Below are positions 39,301-53,298 of a DNA stretch of 64,000 bases, piece by piece; within the stretch, counting starts at the first letter, position 1, and each line of letters begins with the position of its first letter. The notes beneath the pieces are model-generated. The model was not told the origin of the DNA and searched no databases. It saw only the letters and a list, made by a program, of their open reading frames with translations. This DNA is from Auanema rhodensis (taxonomy: Eukaryota; Animalia; Nematoda): NCBI GenBank assembly GCA_964057225.1, contig OZ059894.1, forward strand, positions 7,316,001-7,380,000, read 5' to 3'. Position numbers and translations under genes: made by a program.

Positions 39301-41354
39301 TGGTCACATAAGAGATTTATAAACAGATTGATTAACAAGATCTGAAGTACTTTCTCGTTTAATTATTAAAAAGCTCGGGTTCTATGAGAAAGTAAAAGTG
39401 GACTGAAAAACCAGAAAAGCTAAAATAGTACAGGAAGTCCTCAATGAATAAAAACAAAAAATCTTTTTTATCTTTTTAAAGAAGGTTAGAAAGATGAATT
39501 TCGCATTTCGAATGATCTTATGTCATGTCTCAAACTTTTTTTTCAGATTCATCACATGCGACAGACAGCACTGATTACATCCTTATTAGCTCTTCTATCG
39601 TTCTGCCTCATCTTGCCCATTATCTTCACTTCAACTGTTCGAAAAACTCCATCTAAAGACAGCGTCTTTTATCATAAGAATGTAAGAATTTCAAAATTCA
39701 AGCTAAAATTCAAATAGATTTGATGCGTTGAAATCTGAAAAAACAAATTAAACATAAAAATCTAGTTTATATATAAGGAGAAGTAGTTGCTGTTTAAGGT
39801 CAAAATGGATGTTTATCGGCACATGTGTGTAGATGGCTTACGTACCGAGGGCAAAGTAAGTTCAGGTTTTATTTTTTAAAATCTGCAAAATTTTTAAAAT
39901 AAGTAAATTGGTGGATTTCGTTTAGGTTCTTGTCTCAATATTCTTAATCTTATTCGCGTTTGTTATGCCATGCACATTGATGACATTCTTTTATGCGAAA
40001 ATCATCTTACGTCTACGTAAACAACAAAGGTTTTTCCGTATATATTTTCTTATAATTAAGGAGAAATTGGGGTTAATGTTTGTATGTGTATGTGTTCTTC
40101 TTTTTAATTTCTAAGTGCAAGAATAAGTGGAAGTTTAGAGAATATGTTTCATAACAAATACGATGAAGAGATTAGCTGTTTATAAGTTTGTTGTTCATGT
40201 TCAAGCTCAACGCATGTTTTCATACAATTACTCACTTTTTCTGTTGAAGAACTAAACAATTATGAATTACGATTTACTAAGATTAGTTTGACATACAAAT
40301 GCTAAACAGTTTTTGGATGGGTATTTATGTGAAAAAGAAAACAAAGATACTATTCAATGATTAGTATCACAATTCTTTATTGAAGTTTACTATGATTCAT
40401 AAAATGTAGCGAGGGCTTCCATTTGAACAAATGTGAAATTGTCTTTGTTGAGGAAAGTATGTATACATATACTGAAAAGGATTAAAGAGATTCAATGAAA
40501 ACTCTTTATTTACCCGAAAGAATTATTCAATTTCTTAATTCAGACGAATGATGCAATCACGAATACCTATCAGAAGAATTACAATATATACAATGGTCGT
40601 CACATTCTTTCATCTTTCTTGTCAAATTCCATTTTGGCTTCCCCAAGTTTATGCAGTTGTAATAATGGTTTTCCGCTTACCTGGAAATAGCTCATATCTA
40701 ACATTCTTGGTAAAGATTAGTAATTCTTTCAAAATATTCAGCTTTTTATTCAGTCAATCCTTATACAAGAATAGTTAAAAATACTATTAGTTTTGCATAA
40801 AAAGTTAAATTAAATCATTTAAGTCATTGTTTTTTCAGTATTACTCCCATCTATTACCGTTTGTATCAGCAGCTTTCAACTGGATCTTCTATGCTCGTTT
40901 GAATAGCCAATTCAAGAAAGGTTTGGTACTTGTTACCGAACGTATGATAAGAAAACGAACAAGGTTCGTTTCTAAAATTATTTTTTTCTCTAGATAATAC
41001 TAAAAGTTAATTGGAAATTTGGAAGAATTATTGATTTGAGATAGAAAAAGCAGTTCAATCTACATATTTTATTAGATTAATGCCTCATATTTTTTTAGTA
41101 ATTTTTCTGAATTCACATTTTATTTTCAGGTCGATACAACAAAATGGTGTAACATCAACAAACAATCGAGAAACTTTAGATGAAGTAGCTTTAGATCTTA
41201 TGACTTCACCTGAAGAACTTATAACTGTGTGTCCGAATTGTGAAGTAAGTTAAACCTAATACATATGTACATAATTTTAATTCTAAAAATCTATACTTTA
41301 CAGGCTCCTTTGACGATGAGAACAAAAAAGAAATCATTGGTCAATTCAACTTAA
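36394..41354 (+). CDS. Class A (rhodopsin-like) GPCR, neuropeptide-receptor-like
   Basis: Exons 36394-36530, 38210-38390, 38772-38846, 39547-39681, 39799-39855, 39926-40029, 40544-40709, 40839-40962, 41130-41244 and 41304-41354 join in frame. Motifs GTIGNTAV (TM1), LSAVD (TM2), WVFGELGCK, AFDRYMAICHP, FVMP..FFY (TM5), CQIPFW (TM6), SAAFNWIFY (TM7). Confidence 0.92.
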
Positions 41355-44300
41355 TTTTTTTTCAATTTTTCTCCTTATCTCATAAGGCTTACGGGTCCAC
41401 ATACATTATTTTATAAATGAATACAAATTTATTCAAAGGATCTTCTTAAAGTTACAGAAATAAAATTCTGATGACCAATTATCCAATATTGTTTTAGGTG
41501 AAAAACTTACTAAGATATTTTTTATCATCATTGATATGAAAAGAGTTAATAAAATATTGTTTATCATGTTACTTTTTACTGAAAAGCTCATATTAACTTC
41601 ACTAAAACCTTGAATAACTATTTTTCGTCATTTGATCTGTTTTCAAAATTTTTCTATCATTTGAAAAATTAAAAGAATGAAAATCTTTTAAAGTATTAGC
41701 GATGCTAGTGTATATTTAATATTTACATATTATATATAGAGATAACAGATCTCAAGGAAGCGTAAACAACTTAATTAAAATATATAATAAACATATTTCA
41801 TAAGTAATGAAAGTTAATTACTGGAAGAAGTTCACGTTTTCTTAATTATTTCTATCATCACAGCACTTAAAGGACATCTATCTAGCAGACATGAAGCTGA
41901 ATTTGAAGGTACATTATGTATTTCTTTGTTCAAATAATAATTTTCTTTACATGAGAAAAGGAAAAAATCTACAATTACATTAGATTGTCAATTACATGAA
42001 TAGATGACAATATGCTCGCTTTTTATCTCATATATAGAAAGTAACTTATATGTTTAAAATATATTAAGATGAGAAGCACATGGAAATAATTTCAAAAATT
42101 GAAAAAAGCTACGGAAGAAAAGAAAAACAGAGGAAGCTAAAAGGGAATAGAGAGAAAGAGAAAGATAGTTAAAGTGGAAACAAGAAGAAAATTAATGTTT
42201 CATTTGATATTGGAAGTATCTTGTATTTATGTATTAAAATAGTTTATGGGAATATTAATTAAATTTTAAAATACTTTTGGTATATTATATTGTTAATCAC
42301 ACAACAATACATGTAATAGTATAAATATATTATTTTAAATTTATTCTATTATATATTATAAATCATTTAATCCAAACTGCACTTTGCCTATCCCAAAAGT
42401 ATAAATTATTTTGAGTTTAGGAAAATGCAGATTGTATTCATGATTGATGAACAAAAAGAAATTGGAATATTGGAACTGAAATCTTGAATGCTACCTGATT
42501 CCTGTTATAGTATTAACTATAACATAGCAAATATATGGAAAAGAAGTGAGTTACTTGTAATTGAAGGGAAAAGAATATAGAACATCCAAATCATGTATAG
42601 CAGCAAGATGAACAGCCTGACTGTCTTTCAGGTGCTGATGATGGTATGATGACAAAAAATGATCGCAAACGAGTCCCATCTTTTTTTTTTGTTTAAGATT
42701 GTAGATGGAATCCCGATGAATCAGATTCAAAATCATAATATATATGTATAGATATATATATGTTTTATACAAATATACATATACATAAGTAAGACCATTT
42801 TGAAATGTCATGTGAATCATTTGTATGGTTTTGGTTTTATCTCAATCTTTTCATTATTTCATATATTCCCCTAATAGTCAGTTGCCGGAAAAAACGAAGG
42901 AATAACCTATGGGATTTTATTTTTTATATTTTTATTTATATAACAATCTTTTTTTAAAAGATCAACACAAATAGTTTGTTTTTTATTTTTTTATAAATAC
43001 AGTATATCCAGATATTTAGGTTACGGTATTTTCTTAAAATGATACAGCTAGATCATTGAAGAAAACAGATATAACTTGCTGCCGATAAAAATATGATCAG
43101 TCAATGAACCAATTAATAGAGAAGATATGACAATTTTGTAGAAAAGAAGAAAAAAAGTTCATTATTTGTGAATTTAGATCATTTTTTTCAAATAAATAAG
43201 AAAAAATCTTTAAATATTATTTTTATTATTCTATTTTCATGAGCTTCATGTTTGCATTTGGTACAATCCATTTCTACGAAAAAATTTTTTTAACAAAAAT
43301 ACATAAAAGAATACATATTAAACGTTATTAATCAAGAACTAAAAGAAGAAAAAGATTTAATAAACTCCATAACAATCAAAAACAATGACGATGAAAACGG
43401 CTTGCTAATATTTTGCAATGGAACACATATGTATTTTCAGAAATTGTTGCATGCTGAAGCCATTAATTTTACGTGAAATTTGGAAAAAATGCTGAAATTC
43501 TGTTCATTCAAGAGCCTTTTTGTGTAACTGGAAGGTCACAATTTCATGTTAGAGGTCGTCATCCATGCTCATGTCTGACCGGTCGAATATGTTTCGGTAA
43601 AACCTTGTTTCATCGGTTTATGACCGCTCAGTTGTACATGCTTTAAGTTGATTAAGTTTCTGTACATTTACAAACTTAATTCAAATTAGATTTGATGGTG
43701 TAATATCTGGATGATTGAGATTGCATAGTATTCTTTTATTGTTTCTGAGGAAGAAGTTGACATTCAAACAATCCGAAGATTAAAAATTGTTCAACTTTAA
43801 GTTCAAAAATTATTATTTAGGTTCAAGAAAACATTTTTAGTCCCGTTTCTTTTTCTCTTTTGTTCGTCTTGCAGTTAGATATCTTGGGTAAGTTTCAAGT
43901 TGCCATGATATTTCTTTATGAGCGTTGACTATCACTCTCACTCGTGAACTTGAAAATTTCACTTAAAATGTTTCTGAAAAGAGAAAAAAAGAGAATTCAT
44001 GTAGTACGATAGTACATTTAATGGCATGAAGATGTGAAAAAAGCTTAAGTATTCTTGATTGTGTTTCATATATAACAATGTGTTTGAAGACGAATCAGTA
44101 ACAGTATTTTTTGGATAAAAAAAAACAATTTTTATAAAAACAGTTGTAATGATATTAATTGACGAACATGTTAGACTGATTGTTACGAATTGTGGAAGAC
44201 AGACAGATACAGAAAGAATTATTCGAAATAGATAAAGAAAGAAAAGTAAAAGCAACAGCATTGTGGGGCTTGTTGATGTCAAGGAGAGATGGGGTGTGGG

Positions 44301-47300
44301 GGAATGGTAAGCAGGAAAAGCTTCCAAATAGTAATACTGTAGATTTTTTCCTTCTCTTGTACATTTGGTGTTAAATATGTATTTGTTTATATGATTCTTG
44401 ATTTATAATGCTACCATGAATACCATAAACAGATAATCATTTTTTGTTGAAAAACTGGGAAAAGCTGTATTACAATGAGAAACAAATAATGATATGATAA
44501 TATGAGGAAAGATAATGCTAGTTTAAGTTGGATTCCTAGGTTTTGATGATCCATGTATTCAAAATAGATTCAACCTTGAAGCTTTTTCACTTGTTTTGGA
44601 AGAAATTGCAATTTTCTTAGTATCATCGAAGAAGTGTGCTTTCATAGCCAAAAAGCGATTTTTAGATTTTATGACTTCGATTTCTTACTCTCTTCATGAC
44701 CTCTATGATTTTGACAAAGAAAATTGAGACGAAATAGAGGAGAAGGCGTTGAAGTGAAACAAAGCAAAGATGGGATGAATATAACAATAAACGATGAAAA
44801 TATTTAAAATGAATAGAAATAGTCTAAAGAAGTTAAAGATTAATGAAGAGGATGAATAGATAGATTTCAGCAGATGATTATCAAAATAAAGAGTTTTGTA
44901 CTGAAAATACTATTTAAAAACCTACCATTTTCATTATTAAAACATTAGATTTTGTCATTTACAAGATACTCGTTAGTTTAATGTGAGATTAAACTTGAAT
45001 AGAATGAAAAAAAAACTATTAAAAGAATTAGAACATTAACATAAAAGTATTTAGTAATAAATCAGAATCTTCAATAAAAGAGCTATTCTTTTTATAAATT
45101 GTACTATTTACCTAAATTACTTATAAACTTAATTTTTTAAATGAAAAAATGATTTATCAAATATGTAACATAATAGATCAAGTATCAGAACATATTTTAA
45201 ACAATGCAATATTCGAAAAAAAGTTTTTTATAAATGAAAAAAAAAGAAGAAGAAAGGATCAGGTAATGATTATATGATACGATTGAAAAAATAAATTAGT
45301 TTTATTCTTTTTTTTTTTGTGAATCAGTATGATATTCATATTATTGATTCATGATTTTCATACTTGTTCAGGTTGCTCTTTAGCTGTTCTTGATTATTGA
45401 CTGATATTATCGTCTTTATCATTGATAGTTCAGAAGTCATATGACGATCATCAAAGGACAAGTATAGATGAAAGGTGTGAATAATGGTGAACCGGAAACG
45501 GCCATAATACAGACGACAGACGACGTCGTTGAAAACTGAGACGATGATTAAGATGATGACGTTGACATAGGAAAGATTGGTAAGTAAAGTGTCAGCCACC
45601 TTATAATGTTGCTCGTCAAATGTCTTATTTCTAACATCAGGTACAGGTCATGAATTGAAACTTTTAAAATGTAAAAAGAATGTAAATATTATAAACAAAT
45701 GTTCAACCAAAAAAAAATAAAAATAAGGCCAAACCATAAACAGGATATGTACCGAAAATTAATAGAAATTTAGAGAAGACAACAAACACCAAAAAGTCAA
45801 ATAATCTCATCTATTTAGCGATTTATTACAATCATAATAGTTAACTTTAAGGTCTTGTTATTTCAACAATCGGTTACCCTTTTCAATACTCATTCTAAAA
45901 AACTTATTTTTAATTTTATAATTTTAAAAATAAAATATATTTTGAAGCAAGTTGTGCGACTATATTACACGTGTTCGTGAAATAACAATTTATATAATTA
46001 GTGACTCATCGTCAAGACGATTTGAAAGAAAGAACTTGGGAGGTCTGCCGGAAGTGATATGAACTATCAAATATCTGTTTAAAAAGATTATTATGATATG
46101 AATGCTGTAAGAAATTTCAAGAAATTTTAGCGATCACGAAGTTTCTCAGGGACGCGAAGCACAAGAGTATGATCTATCAGAATTGTTGGCCTCACGAATG
46201 GCATAATGACCCTGTATTTACAGGATTAAAATAGAATAAACCAGTTTAGACATCTATCTTTAGAAAAGCCTTAAGGTGAAATGACCGAGTACGACCGGTC
46301 AAAATAGAAAAAAAAGCGCTCTGAGTACATTCCAGTTATTCTATGTTCGGGGAAACCCAGAGAGACAATGAGAGAATGTAACACGTGATTATAGTTTTGC
46401 TGCATTTTCATCGTGATGCTAAGAAACCCTATGAACTAACTATGGCTCACTTATTCTTGTTCACTAATTCTTGTTCACTAACTAGATGATCAGGATGTTG
46501 ATGTGATGATGAAAATTGTAGGTAAAATGGGAGGGACTTCCGCCTCTAATCAAACAACCTAAGCGCATCTACCCATGCGACCAAATATATAACAGATTCA
46601 GAAGATGGATCTTTCAGTCACACATCTAGACAATACTGATCATATTATCATTTACTTTTTGAATTTCAACCAGACGCGTTCATCATTTCGTCTTTCATCT
46701 CTTAGCACTAATCTTCTTTAAGTTTCAACCTTTTGATTTTCCTTCTTTTGGTATTTATTGGTTTTTAAATAGTTTGTATATATCTGTTCTTCTTTCATTG
46801 CTTCGTGTACTTGAATCAAAGGTAATAAAAAGGCTAACAACTTGCCGTTCTTGTCTCTAAAAAATCTTCATTGCCACTGATTACAATCCGATATATTATG
46901 ATGAAGACCAGCTAGAATTTCGTATCTTACTGTTATTTTTACCTAAAGATTTGTGAACAACTCAATTATTATGTATATTCGATATTTCTGATAATTCTTA
47001 AGTAAGGTTGAATGCTCACAAGTTCAATCTTTTATGAATAAAAAAGTTCAATTTCCGAAAACTATTACCTGTGTTGCACTTATATCGATATATTAGAGTG
47101 GACCCATTGCTCTTCCTTTGTTTCTACGACTCGTCGACAATCATCACTGGAACTAGACTTTTCACCCTTGTATGATCACCATCATCATTATCATTATCGT
47201 TTGTCTTCTTCTCTCACTTTTTCTCGTCTTACCTCCATTCCCATCGCCTCTGCTTTTCTCACACTTCCACCCCTAAAAGTTGTAAGTTTCCTCTCTTAAT

Positions 47301-47668
47301 ACCTATGCAATACGTTGTCTCCCTTGGTGTGTTACTACAGACTCTTTTACGAGAATCTGGCTCCGCCCTTTTTCAGCTCAGCCATATATAACAGTATGAA
47401 CATTGAAAAAGATCGGAAGTTATTTCAATTGTACAACGTGTATGGCTTCTGTATGTTCTTGTTCTTTCAAATTTCTTCTTTGAATCTTTCGAACTTTTTT
47501 AAAAGCATTTTATAATTAGTGTTTTTCTACAGCTTTGTGTTACTATTTGCTTTCACTCTCAGAATATGTTTTTATTTTTTCTATTTATTATTAGCTACCT
47601 GATGATTATCATATACTATTATAACTTTTGTATAATATTATTTTTCATTTCATACTATCTTTTTCAGA

Positions 47669-50602
47669 ATGCTTGATACAATTATTAATTATGCTCCGAA
47701 CTGGACTGGAGATCTCACATGGCTTCTCATTGTTGCCTTCATCTTTGCCTTCTGGGTCTCTTATGGTATGGGAGCAAACGACTCCTGTAATGATTGGGGA
47801 CCAGCTGTTGGAGCTGGTACTGTAACACTGTGGCAAGCTTACATTCTTTGCGGAATCTTCAACACCATTGGTGCCATTTTACTCGGTTAGTTATACTCTT
47901 AATCCATTTGTATAGTTACGATAATCTATTGAAATTCACATCTAACACATCTATTTGATGTGTGATCGGATTGATTTTCACTCTCTTCCGATAATCCCGT
48001 TTCATGAAATTAACGATCAAAATTCAATAACAATAATATTTGATATTCATGATATCACACGTGCGCCTTTCTTTAAAAGTGATCAGAAAAAAACTGACTG
48101 AGAGATTAAGAAGAGAAAGTTGAGCAAAAATACTAAATATTAATGAAATTCAATTTTCAAACCTTGAAAACTCATTTACATTCGTAAATTACATGTTGTA
48201 CTCATGGTTGTTGGAAATACTGGATAAATTTCCAAATGAAAACATTTATTTCTGAACAGAGATAACATAATTCGGAACATTTTAAATGAGTTAAAAGAAT
48301 AATAATGATTATCATCATCATGTTGTCCTCTTTACTTGATAAGTGATTATAAACACTTTAAAACGATATTTTTTTCTGAAAAATAGAAGCCATCTAGACA
48401 GGCAGTCGTCGTCTATCCCCACCTCTATTTTTCTACCCAATCAACATAACAACACAACCAAAGCGCTCTCTCAGTGACCGGTCGAATATTTGTCTCTCTC
48501 TTTGTTCTTTTTTACTCTGTTTCTCATCATCACCATCATCTCTTTGTACCTTTTTCGTTTTCGCATCTCATTCGAGGTTACGGTAACTGATGAAGACGCC
48601 GACAAAGTTGAATGAAGGAATAGAAATCGACGAAATAGGAACGCATGATGATAACTACAAACAACTGAAATCGTGTGTTAGGCTTTTTATTTTTCTAATT
48701 TCTTTAATATAATCCTTGTCATGTTGTTGAAGTATGCCAGCAAAGCATAAGCATTAACTGAAGTTGTTTTAACTATTTTCTAAAAACGTCGTGTAATTTC
48801 TGGGTGGGAAAAAACAGTATCATAAATTTCATCAAATAGTTTATTCATTATTCTTTTAGTTTTGTTTGGATAGCCTTATTTTAAGTATTTCATTTACAGG
48901 TTACAAAGTAACAGAAACTTTACGGTCGGGTATTGTAGATGCATCCATCTTTGATGTTTATGCTATTTACAATCATTCAACTAACTCATATCAAGTTGTT
49001 GATCATTGTGGTAATTCCACACTTGTTGGTAAGTATATGAATATGAATATTAATTCTTATCATACTATTTTTCAGCTGGATATCGGCCACCAGCTTTATC
49101 CAACGATACCAGCCCAGTGGAATGTGCCAAGTATACATCAGTTGATTTCATGATTGGACAGACTGGAGCTATGGCTGGAGTAGCTGCTTTCATGGTAGTT
49201 TCATCCGTCTACAAGATTCCTGTATCTGCTACACATGCTATTGTGGGAGGTTCTTTAGCTGCTTCGCTTTACCTAAGAGGAAATATCGGTATCAGATGGG
49301 CTGAAGTTTTAAATATTGGTTAGTTTTACTTCAACTTTCGCAGAGTAATTTATCCGTTGTTTTAGTTATTTCCTGGTTTGTCTCTCCTGTTATTGCCGGA
49401 ATAATATCAGCTGCCTTCTACATTGCTGTCAAGTTTACTGTCTTGATCAGACCTGATACTTTCAAAGCTGCCCTCAAAGCTTGTCCAGTTTTCATGATGA
49501 TCACTTTGACAATCAACTTGTATGCCTGTATTTTCGACGGATCAAAATGTAACAACAAACCATCTAACTATTCATAATATCAAATTTAGATCTTGGCTTT
49601 GATAAATTAAACTCATGGCAAGCTTTCCTTGTTGCTTTTGGCGCTGGAGTTTTCGGATGGCTCATCCTCACTTTCCCACTTAAGAACTGGTTAAGAAACC
49701 GTGCTCATCGTCTTTTCAACGAAGAACAGAGAAAAGATCAAATTAGATTGGAGAAGGGTATTGTAAGTAAGTGAATTATGAATCTTTTCTCCTATTTGAG
49801 CTACATTTTGCTTTTCATCAATTTTGATTTTTATAGAAGAAACTATTTCGAAGAAAGTCACTGACATGAAGGTTCCTGAGGTTGATATGAGCACTATTAA
49901 AGATCTTCCATGGTACAAATACTTCTACGCTGCCGTTCCAGAAGAACGACTCACCACAAAGGTAAATTTTCTTTCACCCTATATGTTTGAAATTGACTTG
50001 TTCAGGTCTTCAATGCTCTTCAAATTGTATCTTCTTCTATGCTCTCATTCACTCATGGAGCTAATGACACCGGAAACACTGTTGGACCACTTCTTGCTGT
50101 TTGGCTTTGTTACCAAACAGGATATGCCTTTATTGCTGCTGAGACCAGAGACGATTCTCAAGTTCTCTTAGCTTTTGGAGCTATAGCTATGATTGTTGGT
50201 TTTGTCACCCTCGGACATAGAACCATCAAGCTTATCGCAAAAGAAATTACCGTTGATATGAGCCCAGTATCTGGATTCTGTATTGAAGTCGGAACAGCAT
50301 TCACTGTACTTGTCTGTGTGAAGCTTGGTAAGTGTGAACCAAATATTGAAAAATGAATTAATGTATAATGCTTAATTAATAATTAATTAAACACAATAAG
50401 ACATATATTTTTTCCAGGTATCCCTGTTTCGTCCACTCATTGTGCTGTAGGAGCTGTCGTATTTGTTGGATTGGCAAAATCCACCAGTGAAGGAGTGTCA
50501 TTTGCCACCTTCAGAAAAATTTGCATTGTCTGGCTTCTCTGTTTCCCGGTCTCCGCTGTCATTGCCGTAGCCACCACTATGGTGTTGGTTCGAATTTTCT
50601 AA
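47669..50602 (+). CDS. PiT/SLC20 (PHO4-family) inorganic phosphate transporter, pitr-like
   Basis: Exons 47669-47885, 48900-49028, 49076-49318, 49366-49548, 49590-~49766, 49837-49961, 50006-50327 and 50418-50602. Motifs GMGAND, IPVSATHAIVG, SWFVSP, FTHGANDTGN, SGFCIE and LGIPVSSTHCAVGAV. Confidence 0.93.
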
Positions 50603-51375
50603 ATTAATATTTTCACAAAAAAGATCATGGAGAATATTTATTTTCCGACAATCTTTACATTAACAAGCGTTTTGTTATCACTCGTAGGCAAAGAGATTTT
50701 TAATTTTTTTCGCACATCATCATCAATACATTATGATAAGAAATCAATCATAATATTATAATATAGAATTTATAACTTTCATTCAAAGCATGAATATTCA
50801 ACTGAATTAAATAATACGGATCCCAAAATTTAGTAATTTCATGCTTAGTGTATATAAAACATTTTCCTGTAAAATATTATTTTCGAATAATTTTTTAAAA
50901 TGATTTTTTTTTGTGTGATTCTATCAATATGTTTAGCATTTCATTGATTGAGTACAGCTGTATAGCATTTAACAGCTCATATTAGATACTCTTGCTTTAC
51001 GATTTCCTTGCTGAATTACGATACAATAAATTTTTACATGCATATTATATATTAATACATAATAATACTTGATTTAAAAAATTATCATTTGTATATATAT
51101 AGATTATTTTTTGAATATGGAAACTAAAGAAGTTTTAATTTTGCTCCATTTTCCCCTTTTTCCAAAAACTTTTTTCTGAAGATTCAGTTATATCATAGCA
51201 AGTAGAATTTAAAAAGATGTTATTGTAATCAAATCGTTGATTAAATATTGGTAAGTCGGAAATAATATGTAACATATTTTATAATATTTTAATTTTTCTC
51301 CTATTAAACGTTAGTATAATACACAAATATTGATTACTTTATTAATTTAAATCCATGAATAAATGAATTCAGAGT

Positions 51376-53298
51376 TTATTTTGCTGTCCACTTCAAGTGC
51401 CAACCATGTTTAGTAATCTGTTCATCTGTGGTAAACCTCATAGAAAGGTTCTCAGAAGTAGAAGTTATATTATATGGAACGGTAATGATACCAGATAGTC
51501 TGAAATTAAAAAGCTTCAATTTTTTTTCAAACGATATTTTACAATTTCTAAAAAATAAAAATAAAATGCTAAACAAGATGATAATGCTATCTTCTGGAAT
51601 AAGTATAATACATCAGTTAATAACTTACTGTTCTAAGTAAAGGCCGCTTGGACTTGGTCCATCATAAATGGTAAGAACATCAAACCTACTCTCAGTTTCG
51701 AAATCATCTATTACAAGTGTGATCTGAAAAATAGATATGAAAAGAGATATTCAAAACATAATTTGTTCTACTTTTGTACCAGGTGGTCCTACTATGAAAT
51801 AGGACTGATCAACTAAATTAGAATATTCATTTGGATAGTTAGGTGATTGCATTTCTCCAGATTCTCCAGTTTGATGAACATCCGGAAGATCGGAACTGAA
51901 ATAGTGCTTAATGTATTTCAAATAATTTGAGTATATTTACACAGCTGTAAAGGTAGCATTGAAACCTCTTTGGGTATTGTCAGAATCAGTATGGAATAAT
52001 ACTGTCATCATAGGCCCAGCGGACATTTGGTCAGTTGTATTCTTATAATCATCATATCTGAATATCATTAAATGAATATTACTTGTTTCTTAAAGGAATG
52101 AGATTTCTAAAAACGGTCTAGGTTGTTCGAGCTTTGAATATAAACCGAAAATGAAAGTGTTTTCCCGATCCTAAAACCTCTAGATAAACCAATAATATTT
52201 ACCATCTAGTTACTTCGATTTTAAGTTATGTCTTAAACTTACTTATGAATTCGTTGGCTTATTAAAGTTGTGTTTCCTTCATAAACGGATACGAAATCAT
52301 CTGGGGTATCAACATCATAAGAGTTCAAACGGAAGAGGATGAAAGACGTGTTAACAGGAGCTAAAAAATCATCAGATAAAATTTATATTGTTTAATTTAA
52401 TGAAAAAAATATATAAAAAAGTTTTACCAATGAGAAGCCAAACACAATCCAAATCATTATAATAATTATTTGGATAATTTGGACTTGTGAACGTTCCTGA
52501 TTCACCTTGAATTGTGACCACACCCTCACAGCTGAAATATTATCTTCATAGACCGAATTAATCTTTGAAAATTTGCAAAAACACATTCAAGTAAACTGAT
52601 TATGCTACAAGATTTTTGTATTATTTACATTTTTGGTCGATATGTACAAAGCGGGTACTGAATATCAGAGCATGGGGCTGTTGTTAAACCAGAATCGTTC
52701 ACATTTAAGGGAACACGGAATACTGTACAATCACCGTGCTGACTTGGTTCGCCTGATAATGTTTCATATTTATGATTGAAATCATGAGAAAGTTTATATT
52801 TTGCATACCTTCATACCAATAGCCAAAAACACCTGTTCCATCCGGCCATATAAATTTGCCATCCGTAGCCCGAGTGGCGCCAGTCCAGGGAGGAAGGAAT
52901 AACCCTTTAGTGACATCTGAAATGATTTCCAATTAGTTTGCGTATTGTAAACCAGTTTTCAACCTATAGCTCCATTTTTTTGATCCATATCATGAATTTC
53001 TGCTAGAACACCTCCTTTGCTTGCACAGAAAGCTTGAGCTTCGTCATGATTAACTAATGTGTCTCCTAAGAAAAAGCATGTAGTAGATTCATGATTGAAA
53101 GTCCATCCTGTCACATTTGGACACAAAGAAGAAGAATCTTGTGCCTTAGCTGAAAAAATGGAGAAAAATTCGGAAAAAAACCAGAAAATGAATGAAATGA
53201 AGCTTAAATGTTCATTTCAAACACCACTGTAGATGTGTTGAATATGACATACCCAGCTGTATGAAGCCGTAGAAAAACAGTAACAGAAGCTGAAACAT
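51376..53298 (-). CDS. Secreted C-type lectin + two CUB-like domains (clec-type), copy 1
   Basis: Ten exons join in frame. Signal peptide MFQLLLLFFYGFIQLA; CTLD (CPNVTGWTF..TCFF..EAQAFCASKGGVLAEI..PWTGA..FIWPDG..WYEGEPSQHGDC..PCSDIQYPLC); CUB1 (SGTFTSPNYPNNYYNDLDCVWLL..HTDSDNTQRGFNATF); CUB2 (MQSPNYPNEY..DFETESRFDVLTIYDG..FTTDEQITKHGW). Confidence 0.9.

Noticed and set aside
42416-42680. Possible small minus-strand gene starting MGLVCDHFLSS with a GTAACT donor
   Set aside because: Several incompatible downstream acceptors and no domain evidence; it needs RNA data.
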